Positions 25,510-41,500 of a stretch of DNA of 64,000 bases are shown here, in pieces. The stretch is from Adineta vaga (Eukaryota; Animalia; Rotifera). Every line of letters starts with the position of its first letter. Within the stretch, counting starts at the first letter, position 1. Made by a program: the position numbers and the translations under genes. The notes under the pieces are model-generated. The model was not told the origin of the DNA and did not search any database. It saw only the letters and a list, made by a program, of their open reading frames with translations. The DNA lies in NCBI GenBank assembly GCA_021613535.1, contig CP075494.1, forward strand, positions 9,300,001 to 9,364,000, written 5' to 3'.

Positions 25510-25711
25510 CTATTCAATAGATCACTCAGCGCCATTTAATCAGCTAAGAAGAAAAACACTCATCTATCTATCTACTTCTCTCATCAAATCATTATTTCTT
25601 TTATTTGCATGAAAAGGAACAAAATGATAATATGTATACATATAAAAAAAAAACTTTTTCGCACATAAACCGGTTCGAATTTTTCTTTCCAATATGAATG
25701 TTCTATTTTGA

Positions 25712-26508
25712 TTAATTTAAAGAAGATGACAACGTTTTTTCTGTTGAACGTTTTTCCATGGTCGCTGAATTGAGAGCTGCTTGTTCACTTGGTGTTGATA
25801 GAATTGCTGAAGTTAAATGATAATAATCGGATGTAATTGCCGTTTGACGTGGTGCAAGCCAGTCAATTTGTTTCTCATTAATTTTTAAATGTCGTATACT
25901 TCCATGAAAAAATTGTTTCGTACGAACAGATAAATATGCTGGAGAATATTTTTCTGAATGACCAGCAATAAATAGTGGACCACGCATATCAATTGAACGG
26001 ACTCGAGTTTCCGTCTTTGTGTATTGTCGTTTATCAACTTTCATCGAAAGTGAACTACCATCAAGACGTATTTGAATAAAATGCCATACACCATCACATA
26101 AACGATTTTTTGAAAAATTTGTTCGAACACTATATGGTTGACCATGTGCAACAGCTCGTGCGATAAGCTATACATTCAAAGATATACATGTATAAGGGAT
26201 AAGTACGAAGGATATTTTACCTGTCGATTTTGAATTTCAATTGTAAAACTTGAGTCAGGTAATGGATCACTAATCCATAAAACTAGACCATCATCAGCAA
26301 ATGTTTGTACTTGAAAATTAATTGTAAATGAATCATAAATTTTAAAATTGGGATCTATTCATGACAATACATTGTATAAGTACCAAAACGAAATAACGAA
26401 AAATTATCTCATACCGTATAATGCATATGATCGCCCATCGAATTGAACTCCGTCAGGTGAATTAAGATAATTCACAGATGTTGAGTCATTGTATTCTAAA
26501 TGATCCAT
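25712..26508 (-). CDS. Single laminin G-domain protein, 3 exons
   Basis: GVQFDGRSYALY, FQVQTFADDGLVLW, LCDGVWHFIQI, PLFIAG, FHGSIRHLKIN. Confidence 0.75.
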
Positions 26509-28120
26509 AATGTATCTATCGATCTACTTCAAGAATAGCTCCTATCTAAAACAAATAGAGTGCTATGTATAATACGAGCTGTTCTAACATCAACATTATC
26601 GAAGAGAACGGAATGATAAATGAGTGTCTGGAAATGATTTTTTTCTTTCTTTCTTCTCTGACGTTGATAAAAGCACCATACAAAAAGAAAAGAAAAGTGA
26701 GAGATACTACAATAATTAAGATCATTGTTATACTTGAGATGACAATTTATCAACAATGATTATGTATAGTGATGAATCTATTACTCGATAAAGCATATAT
26801 GTCTGTCTATGTTTGTGACTCTTTCACCTTCTATTGCACTCTGTCTTCTCTTCTCTCTTTCTGTCTCGTTTTTATGTAACACTTCAATATTGATCGAAAT
26901 ACTTTAACGATGAAAATTGAGGTAGAAACACAAGGTAGTATGTAACCAGAAATATCTTTATATAGACATATATATGTATATAGCAGATAATACAAGGTTC
27001 TTTTCAAGGAACTATATAATCAAAAAAAGGCAGAAGAATGAAAAGGATTGTTGAACACTTGAAATAACATTTTTATGTTAATGACCTTCCTAAACGAAGA
27101 GGTCTCAAGAAGGCGAAGGAACATAAAAGTGGCGAAAGAAGAAAAAAAGGCATTACATAGGTAGATATATATATATATATATATTCACGTTCAAGCGCAA
27201 AGAAATAGGACTCTCGTTCGTAATAGTATTTGACATTGAAGGTTAATAGTTAATTTTGACAAAGTACACCTATATTTGTAAACTTATCAAATGAACTTTA
27301 GACATATCTGATGAAATTATATTTGATGAGGGCTAACTGATAACAATTGATTTCATTTATTCTTTCCTTTTTGCGTCTGAATAGAGACATTTATACAATC
27401 AAAAAGATATGAAAATGTAACGTTGTAACGATAGCAGCGTAACTAAGGTGAAAAGCATATTTGATTGACCATCACGGTGTCTGTATCTATTGACAAGCAT
27501 CAAGCAAAAAAAAAGATCGTATTTAAGATACTCATTACCTTCATAAGGTTGTCTTATGTCTGTTCAATTAAAAATAATAATTTTGTTTTTGACAGTGGAG
27601 ATCGAAAGAGAGGTTATAACCTTCTTACCAATAACATTATGTAATATGCAAAGCACACGAAAGTGAATATAAAATTTATAAAAAAAAGCCGAATGATATA
27701 TCTATCTACATAGTGACCTGTGCTATGTTTGAATAAGAAAAATAAATATTGCTTCGATTATTTCATGTTTTAAAATGTAAGTAATAAAAGTTTGAATTGT
27801 ATGAAAGGATTGCCAATTATCTGTATAGCTGAAATAATAATATCATATCTTCTTTCTTGGGATAATTAAGTAGATGTTTTTCTCTTATCGTTATCAGACT
27901 AAAATACTACACATCTGGTGAAGAATATATGAATTCTAAAAGTATTTTGATGAAGCAATCGAAGGACATCTAGTAATATCATGCATACTGTAGATAATTA
28001 TGTCTCTTCTGAACTAGTGTGTCGGAAACGAGAATTATAGTTATCGGTCAAAAGACTAATCGCATTCAAACATTATAAATATTTATTTATAAAAAATCTT
28101 AATTGAAAAAAATCAACTTT

Positions 28121-31003
28121 TCATTTAGCAAGTTCTTTCAATACTTCATTGATAATTACATATCCATTTCGAGAATACATATCAAACGTTCGTTGTATTT
28201 TATTTTCATCAATTTGTAAATCCCATACTTGATTATATGCTCGAAATAATCGACGAGCTTCTTCTCGCGGTAAGAGATAATCCTCTAGAAAGAAAAATCA
28301 TTTCAATTTAGAAATTCTTCACGTATTTTCTATACATACGCATCACATTGGGATCAGTACGATGTGTATACATAGCATTCACTAAACGTAAGAATCGTGT
28401 AAACCAAGCATTTGGATAAGTACTTTCCTAAAACAAACAAACAGAAATGGATATACTAGAATTGTCGAATCAAAGAAAAGAATATGTATTTACCAATCGT
28501 ACTCGTTCGTTATTAGCAATATTCGACATGAATCGTTCAATAATTTTTAAACGATCTTTTTCATTCATTTCTCTATGAAGATCATCAAGCCATTGATTTC
28601 GTGTTCGAGTATACTAAAACAAAGTGAAAAATTTCAGATGGAAAAGAAAAACTTTTTTCTGTTTAGTTTTACTTGAGAAAAAATTGGACTTGATCGATCT
28701 TGAATTTGTTGTAAATCAAACACTCGTTCATGTAAATATTGAACAAATGCTTTCCAACTAGAATAAAGTATCCATAATTTAATTTTTCTTCGCGTTCAAT
28801 ATTTTTACTTGTATAATTTTGGATAAGCTCGACAATGTCTTTCAAGTATTTGATAGGTTAACGAACGTTGTAATGGTATACGAACTTTATAAATAACTTC
28901 TTCAATTTGTTGTCGATTAAGAATACCACTTTGATTTCGATCAACATTACTCAATTCTCGAGTTAATGCATTAAAATCAATTGTACCATCATGTTCAAAT
29001 TGTTTTAAATTTTGTTTTAATAAAAGACGTATTTGAGTTTCATCGGGATCAAACTTCTCGTTGGACTTCGTCGGTTTTTGTGGACTATATTGATCTTGCT
29101 GTTGAGAATGATATCTGAGTAAAAGAAAAAAACATTGTTCAAAATGTATGAGAAACATGTTAACAATTTCATAAATAATCTATTGTAAGCAAACCCCAAT
29201 TCTAAGCATAAAATATACGTACCCGACGTTAGTATCATAGTATCTGGAATGTTCTGTCCAGTGCTTACCATGATGATACTGGCGACTCCTAGAAAGGGAT
29301 AACTGTCGAGGAAAGAAGTAAAACACTGAGATCATTGAAGAAAAAACTTTAGCGACGATATTGTTTTCTAACAAGTTGTTTTAAATTAATGTAGGACTTA
29401 CTCAAATTGATTTGGTGCAAGTGATGACATACATCTTCCAAAATATCGAATCATATCTTCATAATTAATAAAACCACGTGGACGATCAGGTGAAACAAAT
29501 TTACTCATAGCAAATCGAAATGTATCATCGGCCATATGAACCTAAACATGGAAAAGGATTTATTTTAATGAAAAATATCATTATATTAGCATACTCCAAG
29601 TTGATAAGCGACCGATCGAACAGTCGAATAATGCACATAGTTTGTCAAATTTGGATCATAAGCAGCTAATTCTCTATAAAGTAATTTTAATTTTTCTACT
29701 AAACCATCACCTCCTAATTGAGCATGAATTTGTTCTGCTAAACGTTCTTCCTCATAATCAGTTAATAAGATTGGTTCTGAAGGTAAAAAGCCTTCATCGT
29801 CATTCGTTTTCGGTCGCTGTTGCTGTTGTTGTTGTTGCTGTTGCTGCTGTATTAGAGGTGGCGGAGGATGGTTGTCGATTACGCTCTTGTGATCTGATAC
29901 ATCTGTTTGATTATTGTTAGGAGGAATTTTTGGTAAGACAGAATATGAACTAAAAGCATTTTGAAATTGGCGAGTTGGTTGTGAAAATTGATCCTAATAT
30001 AATAGAAAAAGACGTTAACAATTTGAACAAAGTCTTGTATATGACTTTACAACATACTGGTTGTCGTATTCGAGGGACAAATTCTGTTCGATATGTTGTG
30101 TTAAATCTTCCTGTGGGTTGATGTCGTAAACGTGAACTTTCAGCTTCTTGAATATGTTGAATAGGTTTCGTTGGAGCTACAGCTGGGTCACTAGAACAGA
30201 CATATTTATTGATTAAGAGATATTTCTTTGTAATTTTCCTACTAAATATGACTTGACATAGGATAATAGTGTGTAAACGCCATTTTATTTTCAAAATAGA
30301 CTGATTGAAAATAAACTAACACGTTTAATGAAATCTATAGTAAACAAACGCAGCAACACTTTTTTTTGTCACTCTTATTTGATGTATTTTCTTGTTGCAA
30401 TACTTTTGTCATTCTGTCGGTGAAAATGAAGAGCAATTTGAGTTGCTTGGGTAACTTCATTTCTTTGTGAATTGTATGTATATGTCGAAACAAAGATTAT
30501 ACGTGTATATAATCACTTCATTTTGTCGTATTGATCAGAAAAAAAATGTTTTTTTTACAATGAAATTGTAACTATTTTGTTTATAGGAGAGGTGAATTGA
30601 ATGGAGGAAGTAAAATATATGTTACACAAGACGAATAAAATTGATACCTACGGTGGATTTAATAATGATTCAAACGAGAATTTAGGCATATTTGCAAGTG
30701 ATTGTGGTAAAATAATCGATCGACTTCCGACGATTTTTATTGTTTGTGCAGGAGTATATTCTGTACCAAACGGTGCATATGTTGGAATTGCCGCTGTTGC
30801 ATAATTAACAGGAATTGGTAGCTAGATCAAATAGAAATATACTCATTAATTAATGAATAAACAAAAAATTGCAAGAAAAATCGAAGTAATAATGAGTACG
30901 CTTTATATACTTCTTATATTCATACCTTTGGTCGTAAGTGCATTCGCATTTTCGTAAATTGACCATTTCGATTTTCAATTGGTGGCATATATGTCATACG
31001 CAT
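28121..31003 (-). CDS. C1orf87-like EF-hand-related protein, multi-exon
   Basis: N-terminal TIKIVGSR, degenerate EF-hand DRNQSGILNRQQI, and C-terminal EEARRLFRAYNQVWDLQIDENKI..VLKELAK, recalled as resembling C1orf87. Confidence 0.7.
30442..30455. promoter_or_regulatory. RFX X-box (ciliary gene motif) in a probable internal promoter
   Basis: GTTGCTTGGGTAAC fits GTTRCY-NN-RGYAAC. A forkhead GTAAACA lies at ~30340. Confidence 0.65.
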
Positions 31004-31450
31004 CGTTTATATATTTCAAACCTTTAGTAATAACTCTTAAGTACAAATTTTAAGTTTTAACCAACGATTTATTTTCCTCTCTTTTTATACTTGTACTTAT
31101 ATATGTTCCTATGGAAGTGATTCTTCAATCTCATTTTCTTCTTAATTATATCGAAAGCCTTTAAAGTTTACCATCACGACGTTTTGTAAATATTGCGTTG
31201 CAAGTTATTTCGTCAACGTTCTCTCTCAATTTCATATATGAACTCTAGATTTCAAGTTTTATTATAAAGAAAAATGTGAAGAACGAAATAATTCGATTTA
31301 TATTCGTAGGATTGTAAATAGAACGAAGATTGTATGTTATTCAAAATATCTTAGTCCTTGATTTAATGCCATGTTTCAAGTACAATCATTTGTTTAATCA
31401 TATAGCAAAGATAATAAACAGGAAGAACATCAATCAAATCCAGTGGATCA

Positions 31451-31509
31451 GGGATGGGTGTGGGGTGAAGACTAGCTAATCATCTACACTCACACCCACA
31501 CCCACACCC
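31451..31509. repeat. Interstitial telomere-like (TGTGGG)n tract in inverted arrangement
   Basis: GGGATGGGTGTGGGGTG...CACTCACACCCACACCCACACCC. Confidence 0.65.
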
Positions 31510-32607
31510 TCAAGATGTGAAGACTGCATATGTTAATTTGGCCTTTTCTTTTAGGAAACCACTAACACAATCAATAGATTGCGAAAAAACGAACTCTTTC
31601 AAAATCTTTTCTTCTTTGCTGCTACTATTTTATACTCCAGCATACTCGTATTTTTACCTTTTCCAATCGTCTTTTTGACCTTTCTTATTTTTCTGAATTC
31701 TTTTATTTTCCATCAAATGAATTACCGAAAAGATTAAGAATGTGAAATGAAAGGTTATAGTTTTATGAGATACTTTTCATTCAGTGCAATATATTTAAGA
31801 AAATCCGTCGATATTTATTGTATTTTGTTTGGATGCTCTATTAGTGTCACAAGATTCATGCTCAGGATGAAAGATACAAACCGAATGCTATCCTGAATAC
31901 ACCTGTGACTTCTGTGAAATGCTCAACTTGTAATTAAATATAGAATGAACTGAAATCAATATTTTATATTGCATGAGTCTCAGATTTGTCTAAATCTTTC
32001 GATACTTGTCAAACAAGAAATATGAGAATGAACAAGTTGTCTTCTCCACTAATCTGCTACTCGAAATAAATAAACGAGAGACCAAAATATTACAATCAAT
32101 TGTTAATCTATCATTTAATGTCTCATATGTTCTACTGATAACAAAATATTGTGTTTATTTATATAGCTTAATTTTCTCTATTTAAGATATCAAATAGAGC
32201 TCTTATTATAGTATGGAATAATGACATTCTCATATATTTGAAAAACAGAATTACTTTCCCAACACTCACACGTATTCATTACATTTCGATCTGAAATTAA
32301 GTGAAAGACAAAGTAGGATATATGACGGTAGAACTAGATCTATCATTCTATATGCTATGCATATATGAAACAACCTTGTCTAAAAACGCAAGGACTCGTA
32401 TAAAAAAAACGAAAAAAAAATAATTAGATGTAAGTTAAGGGAGAGACAAAATGACGGAAAGATTGATAATGTGTGACGAATTGTAAAAGAAAAACATAAT
32501 GTTTATCGTAACATACTAGACAACGATTCGAGAAAAAATAAACAACAATATAAACGAAATTCTAGTAGACAAATTTACTATCTTAAACTCACTTAATCAA
32601 AGTTAAA

Positions 32608-33048
32608 ATGCAAATGGAACTTGATCGAATATCATCAACACAATCTGATTTACATTCTTCACTTCAAGGGTAAAAACGAAAAAATGAATATCTTTATATT
32701 CTCTTTCTTTACTATATGACTTAATTTTCAGAGATCCAGCAACGTATACATTTGCTCTCTTCTTGATTGGAGCATTGGCTATAATAACAGTGGGCGCCGT
32801 TGTTGGTATTGCTGCTGGAAATATCGCTCACTATGGTATGTATATCATGTAAATTCATTTTATCTCGTTTATTTTGATTTTTCCTAGAATATTTTGGTCC
32901 CAATAACAGCACAACAATATCTTCTAATGATCTTTGGAACGTTTCGATCTTTCAAAAATCTTTCAGCGCAAGAAGCTCTCGCTTATGGTTAGCCTTTAAT
33001 GAACGTTCGGAGCGATCTAATTCCTTCCAAAGAACAGAAGATACTTGA
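32608..33048 (+). CDS. Orphan 108-aa single-pass membrane protein, 3 exons
   Basis: Exons 32608-32669, 32732-32835 and 32888-33048 splice in phase. TM segment FALFLIGALAIITVGAVVGIAAG, with N-glycosylation sequons after the TM. Confidence 0.7.
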
Positions 33049-33185
33049 TAAATATTTAATATATCATCAAACAATTATCGTTAGTCCTGATTTCTCGATT
33101 TCATGTATTTATTTTTTTATATGTTTAAAAGAAAGAAGAAAGAAAGAGTGAACAACAAGAGAACAAGATTTGACACTTGATTTGA

Positions 33186-35060
<1,875 letters not shown>

Positions 35061-35586
35061 ATTCTGAAAAAAATAAGATTGTTTGTACAAATCTGAATCT
35101 AAGATATATTTTATGAACCAACGGAAAAAGGACGAAACGAAATGAGTAAGTATAAAACGATTACACCACACACATCATGTATGCACACAATCTGAATACG
35201 ATAGGTGGACTAGTAATGGATAAATTCAGACTATAGAATAGAGGTCGTCAGTACTCGGATGAAGAAATCGTGTATGTCGTAGACGTCATAGCCATATGTT
35301 TATTTTCAAAACACAAGATAGTATAGCATATAATCGTCACTATTTGTAAATCTGTAGACATATTACACTGCAAATCAAACGATGATTATCTATAGTTATT
35401 ATCATGAAACGAAAGGAATAGTAATGAACATTCGTATTGTATCTGCGGTCTTCAAACAATCATTAAATGTACTAAATTTGACTTTTGAAGATTCTTTTTT
35501 GTTATTGCTATTTCATACAAAAATTCCAAGAGAGAAAAACGACAAATATTTAAAAAATAGATGGCACGTAGACAATCGATTTTCTT

Positions 35587-37342
35587 TCATGACGAAGTCG
35601 TAGAATTATTTCGAACTAAATTTGCCAATTGTTCGAGTGTCATGTATTTCGATTCGAGTGCCATCCGCATTGCCTACAGAAAAATGTTAAATAAATAAAA
35701 AAAGAAATTCTTTACGCTTTTCTCTTTATCGCTTACATAAGCTTGAGCAGTTGTGTCATTTCGATATTTCTCCAATTCTGTTTGATTATAATGGCCAAGT
35801 TTAAAAGCAAATTTAGAAAAACGATTATCCGTATGCCAACAATGAAGATTGAGACGTATACCATTACGAATATATTCTGGACTAGCATCGGTTGATGATT
35901 GATCAAGAAGATTCTGTCCAATTATTACACGGATTTGATTAGTACCAACTAAATGATTTATTGCTAAATGTTGACCATAGAGAAGTAAAACACCATAATG
36001 CCTTTAAATGAAAGAATTTCTCCTACAATATCGTATAATAATTATCTCAATGTAGTATACTTACCATTCTGGCCACATCAATGTCCCTAATTTCGATTCT
36101 CTTTCTGGTCCAGCAAATTCATATTGTGCTAACCACAACATTCCATGTAATGTTTGATTAGCAACCAAAAATCCATCATGAGCAGAACCATACCTAATAT
36201 GATCATTAAAAACGTATTTGTAATTAGATATAAAATATATTTGTCTGTAATACTAACCACGTTGAACCCATTCCAGACATGCCAGTATGTGCAAAACCCA
36301 TATCATGAGCAATACGTGTTAATTTTCTTCGATTAAAATCTGTTCCATAACCGCCACCACCAGTCAAAAGAGTACAATTTCCTGGAATATATGTTCCAAA
36401 ATGTCGATAAATAAAAACATCTAAATATAGATAATTCAATATTCGAACTTTTCATTAACAAATTCTCACTTACCAATATCAGTCCGCAATACAAAATCAT
36501 ACATATTAAATGTATTATAACCTTCATAGATCGTATTAATCGAATCAATATAACCGTATGCTCGAAGAACATTATATAACAATTCAGAACGTTTAGGATC
36601 AAATGTTTTTGAATCATTTAACATTGGAACAGTAATCATTTGTTCAATAGAGTCATTATATATTTTCGAGAGATTTTTTGCAGCATCAAATGCATGTTCA
36701 AAATTATTAGCAATCTTATCCGGTGTACGAAATTGAATAGGAATATAAAGAAAAATACGACACACAGATGGTTCTTGCTTATTTTGACGAATACGATTAA
36801 CACAACCAAGAGCACGGAATTCTGCTGAAAAATTATATGTAAATATCAGAAAATCAGTCCGCCATGTCGGTGGTTGACTAAGTAACATTTCTGCCCATGA
36901 ACGATATAACCTAAGTAGAGAAATATTCAATCAATAAATAATCATAACAATTCGCTTATTTTTACCATCTAACTTCTGGAAAAAAATATTCACTTTGATG
37001 ATGTGGATAATAAATTATAATTGCTCTTTGAACAGCCGCATTTTTCTCAACTGGTTGGCAAGGCGGAAGTGGTGGTATAGTTGTAGTTGTTGTCAAAGTA
37101 TTCGTAGGTGTAGTTACCTGAATAGTTGTCGTTTCTGTTTTCGAAGCATTCGATACTTCTACTTTGACAATATTTGATTTATTTGTTGAGGATTTAGTCT
37201 CGGCGACTGATGGACAATGACACTTTTCTTGAACAACTTCAGTTTCATCTACATTGTGATTATTAAATATAAGAATAATAATAAATACAACAACTGAGAG
37301 AGCAATGGCAGACATTAATGAACGTGGTGATATTCGTCTCAT
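35587..37342 (-). CDS. Type II membrane protein with DxD motif, putative glycosyltransferase-like
   Basis: Signal anchor, Thr-rich stem, EVRWLYRSW, RTDIDVF, GGGGYG, GSTWYG, WPEWHYGVLLLYG, LHCWHT. Confidence 0.7.
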
Positions 37343-38591
37343 CTTGATCTATTCAGTATAAATCTAGAAAAATAAGAAAAATGTATTCTATTTGATAATA
37401 ATCGACATTATTATATGAATATGAAGTTTTTCTCTGCTTTTTTTTTTCAAACAAGAATAGCTGCATATGTATGTATGCACATGTTGAAAGTGTTCGGTTG
37501 TCGATAGAAAAAATATTGCCAAGGACGAATAAATAGGAAAAAGTTGAAGTTTTGGAAGAATGAGAAATTTTTCTTTTTACTTTTTCTTGTATACTTCAGT
37601 CAGTCATAGAGAATAAAGAAATTGCTTACACAACAAATAGTAAGAGAGAATATTACAGAATCAGCTTATTGATCCTTTAGGAATAAAAATCGATTGATTA
37701 ACATAAAAATCTTTTATTATAGTGAATAGATATTAAGTACATGACAGTACAGACTTACATACTCGAAATAGACATGTTATCAATATCGATGTATAATGCA
37801 TTGCCAATCAAAATAATTTATCTTGTTTACACAAAGCGTTATGCTTGAAAAATTTCTGTGGATTTTTTCTAGATCTTTCCATTAGGTCAAAAATATTGAT
37901 TAGATTTATTTTCTCGTTATAAGTGAGAAGAGTATCTAATTAAAACATCGACGTGTGTTGTATGTAGTAAGAAGAAAAAGAAAAAGAATATGGTAGAATA
38001 TAAAAAGCATGTCAGCTTTACAATGGTTGCTACTTACTAGAATTACTTTTACTTTTGCTTGCTCGACGACTCAGACTACATAGTCGACATAAGGTTTCTT
38101 CTCTGTCTAATAAATTGCCTGATTTCACAACGAAGGAAACTAAAAGCGACAAGAAACACGTTTTTTGTTGTCATAAAAGACACGATAGACAATTGTGTTC
38201 AAGTTAGAAAGATAAATTTGAATAAATGCTATTAAATCGTCTTAAGAAACTATATGTACGGATAACAAGATTTGAATTAATACAGTCATTAATTGATTAA
38301 CTAATATAATATTCGAAAAGTATCGAACTATCGATATAAATATATAAATATATACTTGTTTTTTCCGATCTAATGATACATATCGTAACAATTCTATATT
38401 CAACAGATCAAATCTAATTGTTTTGTTTTTCAAATCATTTTTGTCCATAAGAAAATGACGTCATCTATCGACACATTCTGTTATATCGTTTTGTTTTTTT
38501 TCAAATCTAACCATATTCGATGATCCATAAACAATTGAACTATTTTATTTGTTTCGTTATCATTCATTCTACTTCTTATTTTTAGATAGAT

Positions 38592-41500
38592 ATGGCTGAA
38601 GAAATCGAAGAACAAGAAAATCTGTCTCCAGTTATTCGATTATTTGAACGTCTTGCTTTTGAACGAGGTCAAGAAGTTCACGATCAAGTTTCGTCTATGA
38701 TCGAATTATTTTCCATGTCAGAGGTTAGTTAAACTTTTTCATACTTCATTTTCTCGTTCCATATATTGTAGGTAACATTAGATATGTTAGATACATTGAT
38801 TGAATGTGTCAAAGTTATTTTTGTTAATCAACAAACAAATAAGAATCAACGACTCTTAGATTTTCTTATCATATTAGCACATGTTACACATCTGAATTAC
38901 ACAAGTAATAAAAATTTATCATTAGTTTTTGATGCTTTAATTGATATTTTCAGTCAAGTAAGAAACATCGAAGAGTTGATAAAATAAATTCACTATTTAT
39001 GTTTTAGGCTATGATAGCCATCGATAGTCATATTCGTTATACAACATTTCGTATTCTCAATAAACTTCAAACATTTATTGACCTATCTCGATCACCTTAT
39101 GTACCTGATCAATTTGAACAATATCTATTAGAATTACTAAAAAATGAAACAACACTTCTTGTTCTTGATGAAGTCATACCATTAGCAGCCAAATTTCAAC
39201 ATAAAAATCCTCAATTTATTGATGGTTCGTAAGATTTCTTGTTTCGAAGAAGAAAAAAAGCGAAAATAATTTTCATTTTCTCCTAGCTTTTCTCACTAGA
39301 ATCAATTCACCAAAATGGAATTCATACTTGGATCGACGACGTCAAATCGTATCTTTAATTAATTATTCTCCAGCTTCTCTTCAATTTCTTTTAACTTCTA
39401 TTGAAATGGATAGTGATGTATCTCAATTGGCTTTCGAAAGTTTACTAGCTGATGAACGTGGTTTTACTATTGATTTAATCGGTGATCAAGGTCGATTAAC
39501 AATCTTTAAAATAGCAAGTACATCTCGTGATTTATCACGATTAATCTTTACAAAATGGATTATTCAGAGTGGAAATGAACTTGTTGATATACTTCGATTA
39601 TGTAAAGTATCAACATTGAATGAAAACAAGAAAAACAACGAGAGATTAATGATGATTGAAACAAGTTTAAAATATTTTCTAGCTGATGATAATATTCGAC
39701 GAATTGTTAGTAATAATATGAAGAAAGTTATAGGAGTAAATAAGTACGTGTAAATTTGCAATTAAATAGACTTTTCTAATACAATTAAGTCACTCTTCTA
39801 AATAAATTTTTCTCTAGAGGTCGTCTTTTATCATCGAATACTTCCAATTATGTTGAAAACTTATTTACCTGGCGTATCCTATGTCAATTAACAAATGAAG
39901 AAGAAGAAGAAGAAGAAGAAGGTGATGATCATGATACAAATATTCATCCTGATTTTCATGAATTTATCACTTATTTATATCGAATTATTAAAACTTCCAT
40001 TAATGAACCATTATCTGCTACAAAAGAATTCATTCTTTGTCAGCATGCATCGATTCTTCTTACATTCGATATGCTTGATATGTATCGTCGTAAATGTCTT
40101 GAAGCAATGGGTCGATGTATTTTGGTACATTATGGTCAATATGAAACAATTATTCAACAAGCTTATCAACTGATTCATCGTGTTCATCCATCACCGGATA
40201 CAATTAATGAACGATATCAATTGATTACATATACATTAAATGATGTTATTCAACGTTGCAAAAATGTACAAGCCGAAAAAATGATATTCATTCAATGTAT
40301 GACTATTGCAAGAGTTTTCATTGAACAGGAAAAACAACTTGAATTGAATAATACAGATTTTAAATCATTAATCGATTCATTAGTAAAAGACATAAGAAAT
40401 GAAATATTTTACTTCTTTAATCTTATGTTGTCTTCATTTAGATTAAATCAGGTCTATCACACAATCAGGTGGACAGTCAATCACAAACATTATCAACATT
40501 ACGATCATTTATGTGTCATTCACAACCAGTAGCCATTGAATATCTCACACAACTTCTTCATTTGATCGTGTGTAGTAACTTCCACCGTATGAGATTGCAA
40601 TAATTTGTATGCATTTCTCTAGGATAAAACTGATCATGTGCCATTGAAATGTCAATCAGTGTCAACTTTCATCGATGTTCTTCTTGTTCATGGTCTTGAT
40701 ATTTTAAAAAATATCGATCTTTCAAATATGACACCATTTCAATTTACAACAGAATACCTTTCAAATCTGTTTGATGAGCGAGTAAGATTGTAATGTTAGA
40801 TCTACGAATTCAATTACTGAGAAATCATTTGCTTTGTAGAATATTGAAATGAAATCTTTGATTGTATTTGGCTTAATGAAATTATTACTTAGTTCTCGTT
40901 GTGAACCAACAAGTCATTTATTAAAATTGATTCTGGATTATCGTTTTTCAAATGATAATCGATCTGTCAATCAACAACAACGAGATGAAATAACTGCATT
41001 CTTCTATTTTTTCACTCATTTATCTATGTAAGTAACTTTTGTAACATTATTTTCCAATAGTTTTCGATTGATTCTCTATATTTAGATCACATGTTCAACT
41101 AATTGAAGAATTAACATTCGATCTCGTCTCTCGTTGTTTACCATGTGTATCTGATAATACGACTAAAGCTTATCAATCTGTTTTGACTGAATCGATGTGT
41201 TCATTCTGTGTTGAACTTCTGTCATTACGAACTTTACCAATTGATGAACATCCACATTACCATTTGGCAGTAAATCTTCTTGAATCAATTCATCAATCAA
41301 CAAATAACCGGACAACATTTATCATTAAATCTTATTTAAATACCATTAAACATCTACAATTTCAATATATGAATAAAGAACAATTGCAAACTCTTTTGGA
41401 TTTGATTAAACGAGTTCGACAAGTTTGTTGATTTTAATTAGAATATTATCTATTGATATTAATGATGATTCTATTTAGTATCCAAATTTATTATCGATTA

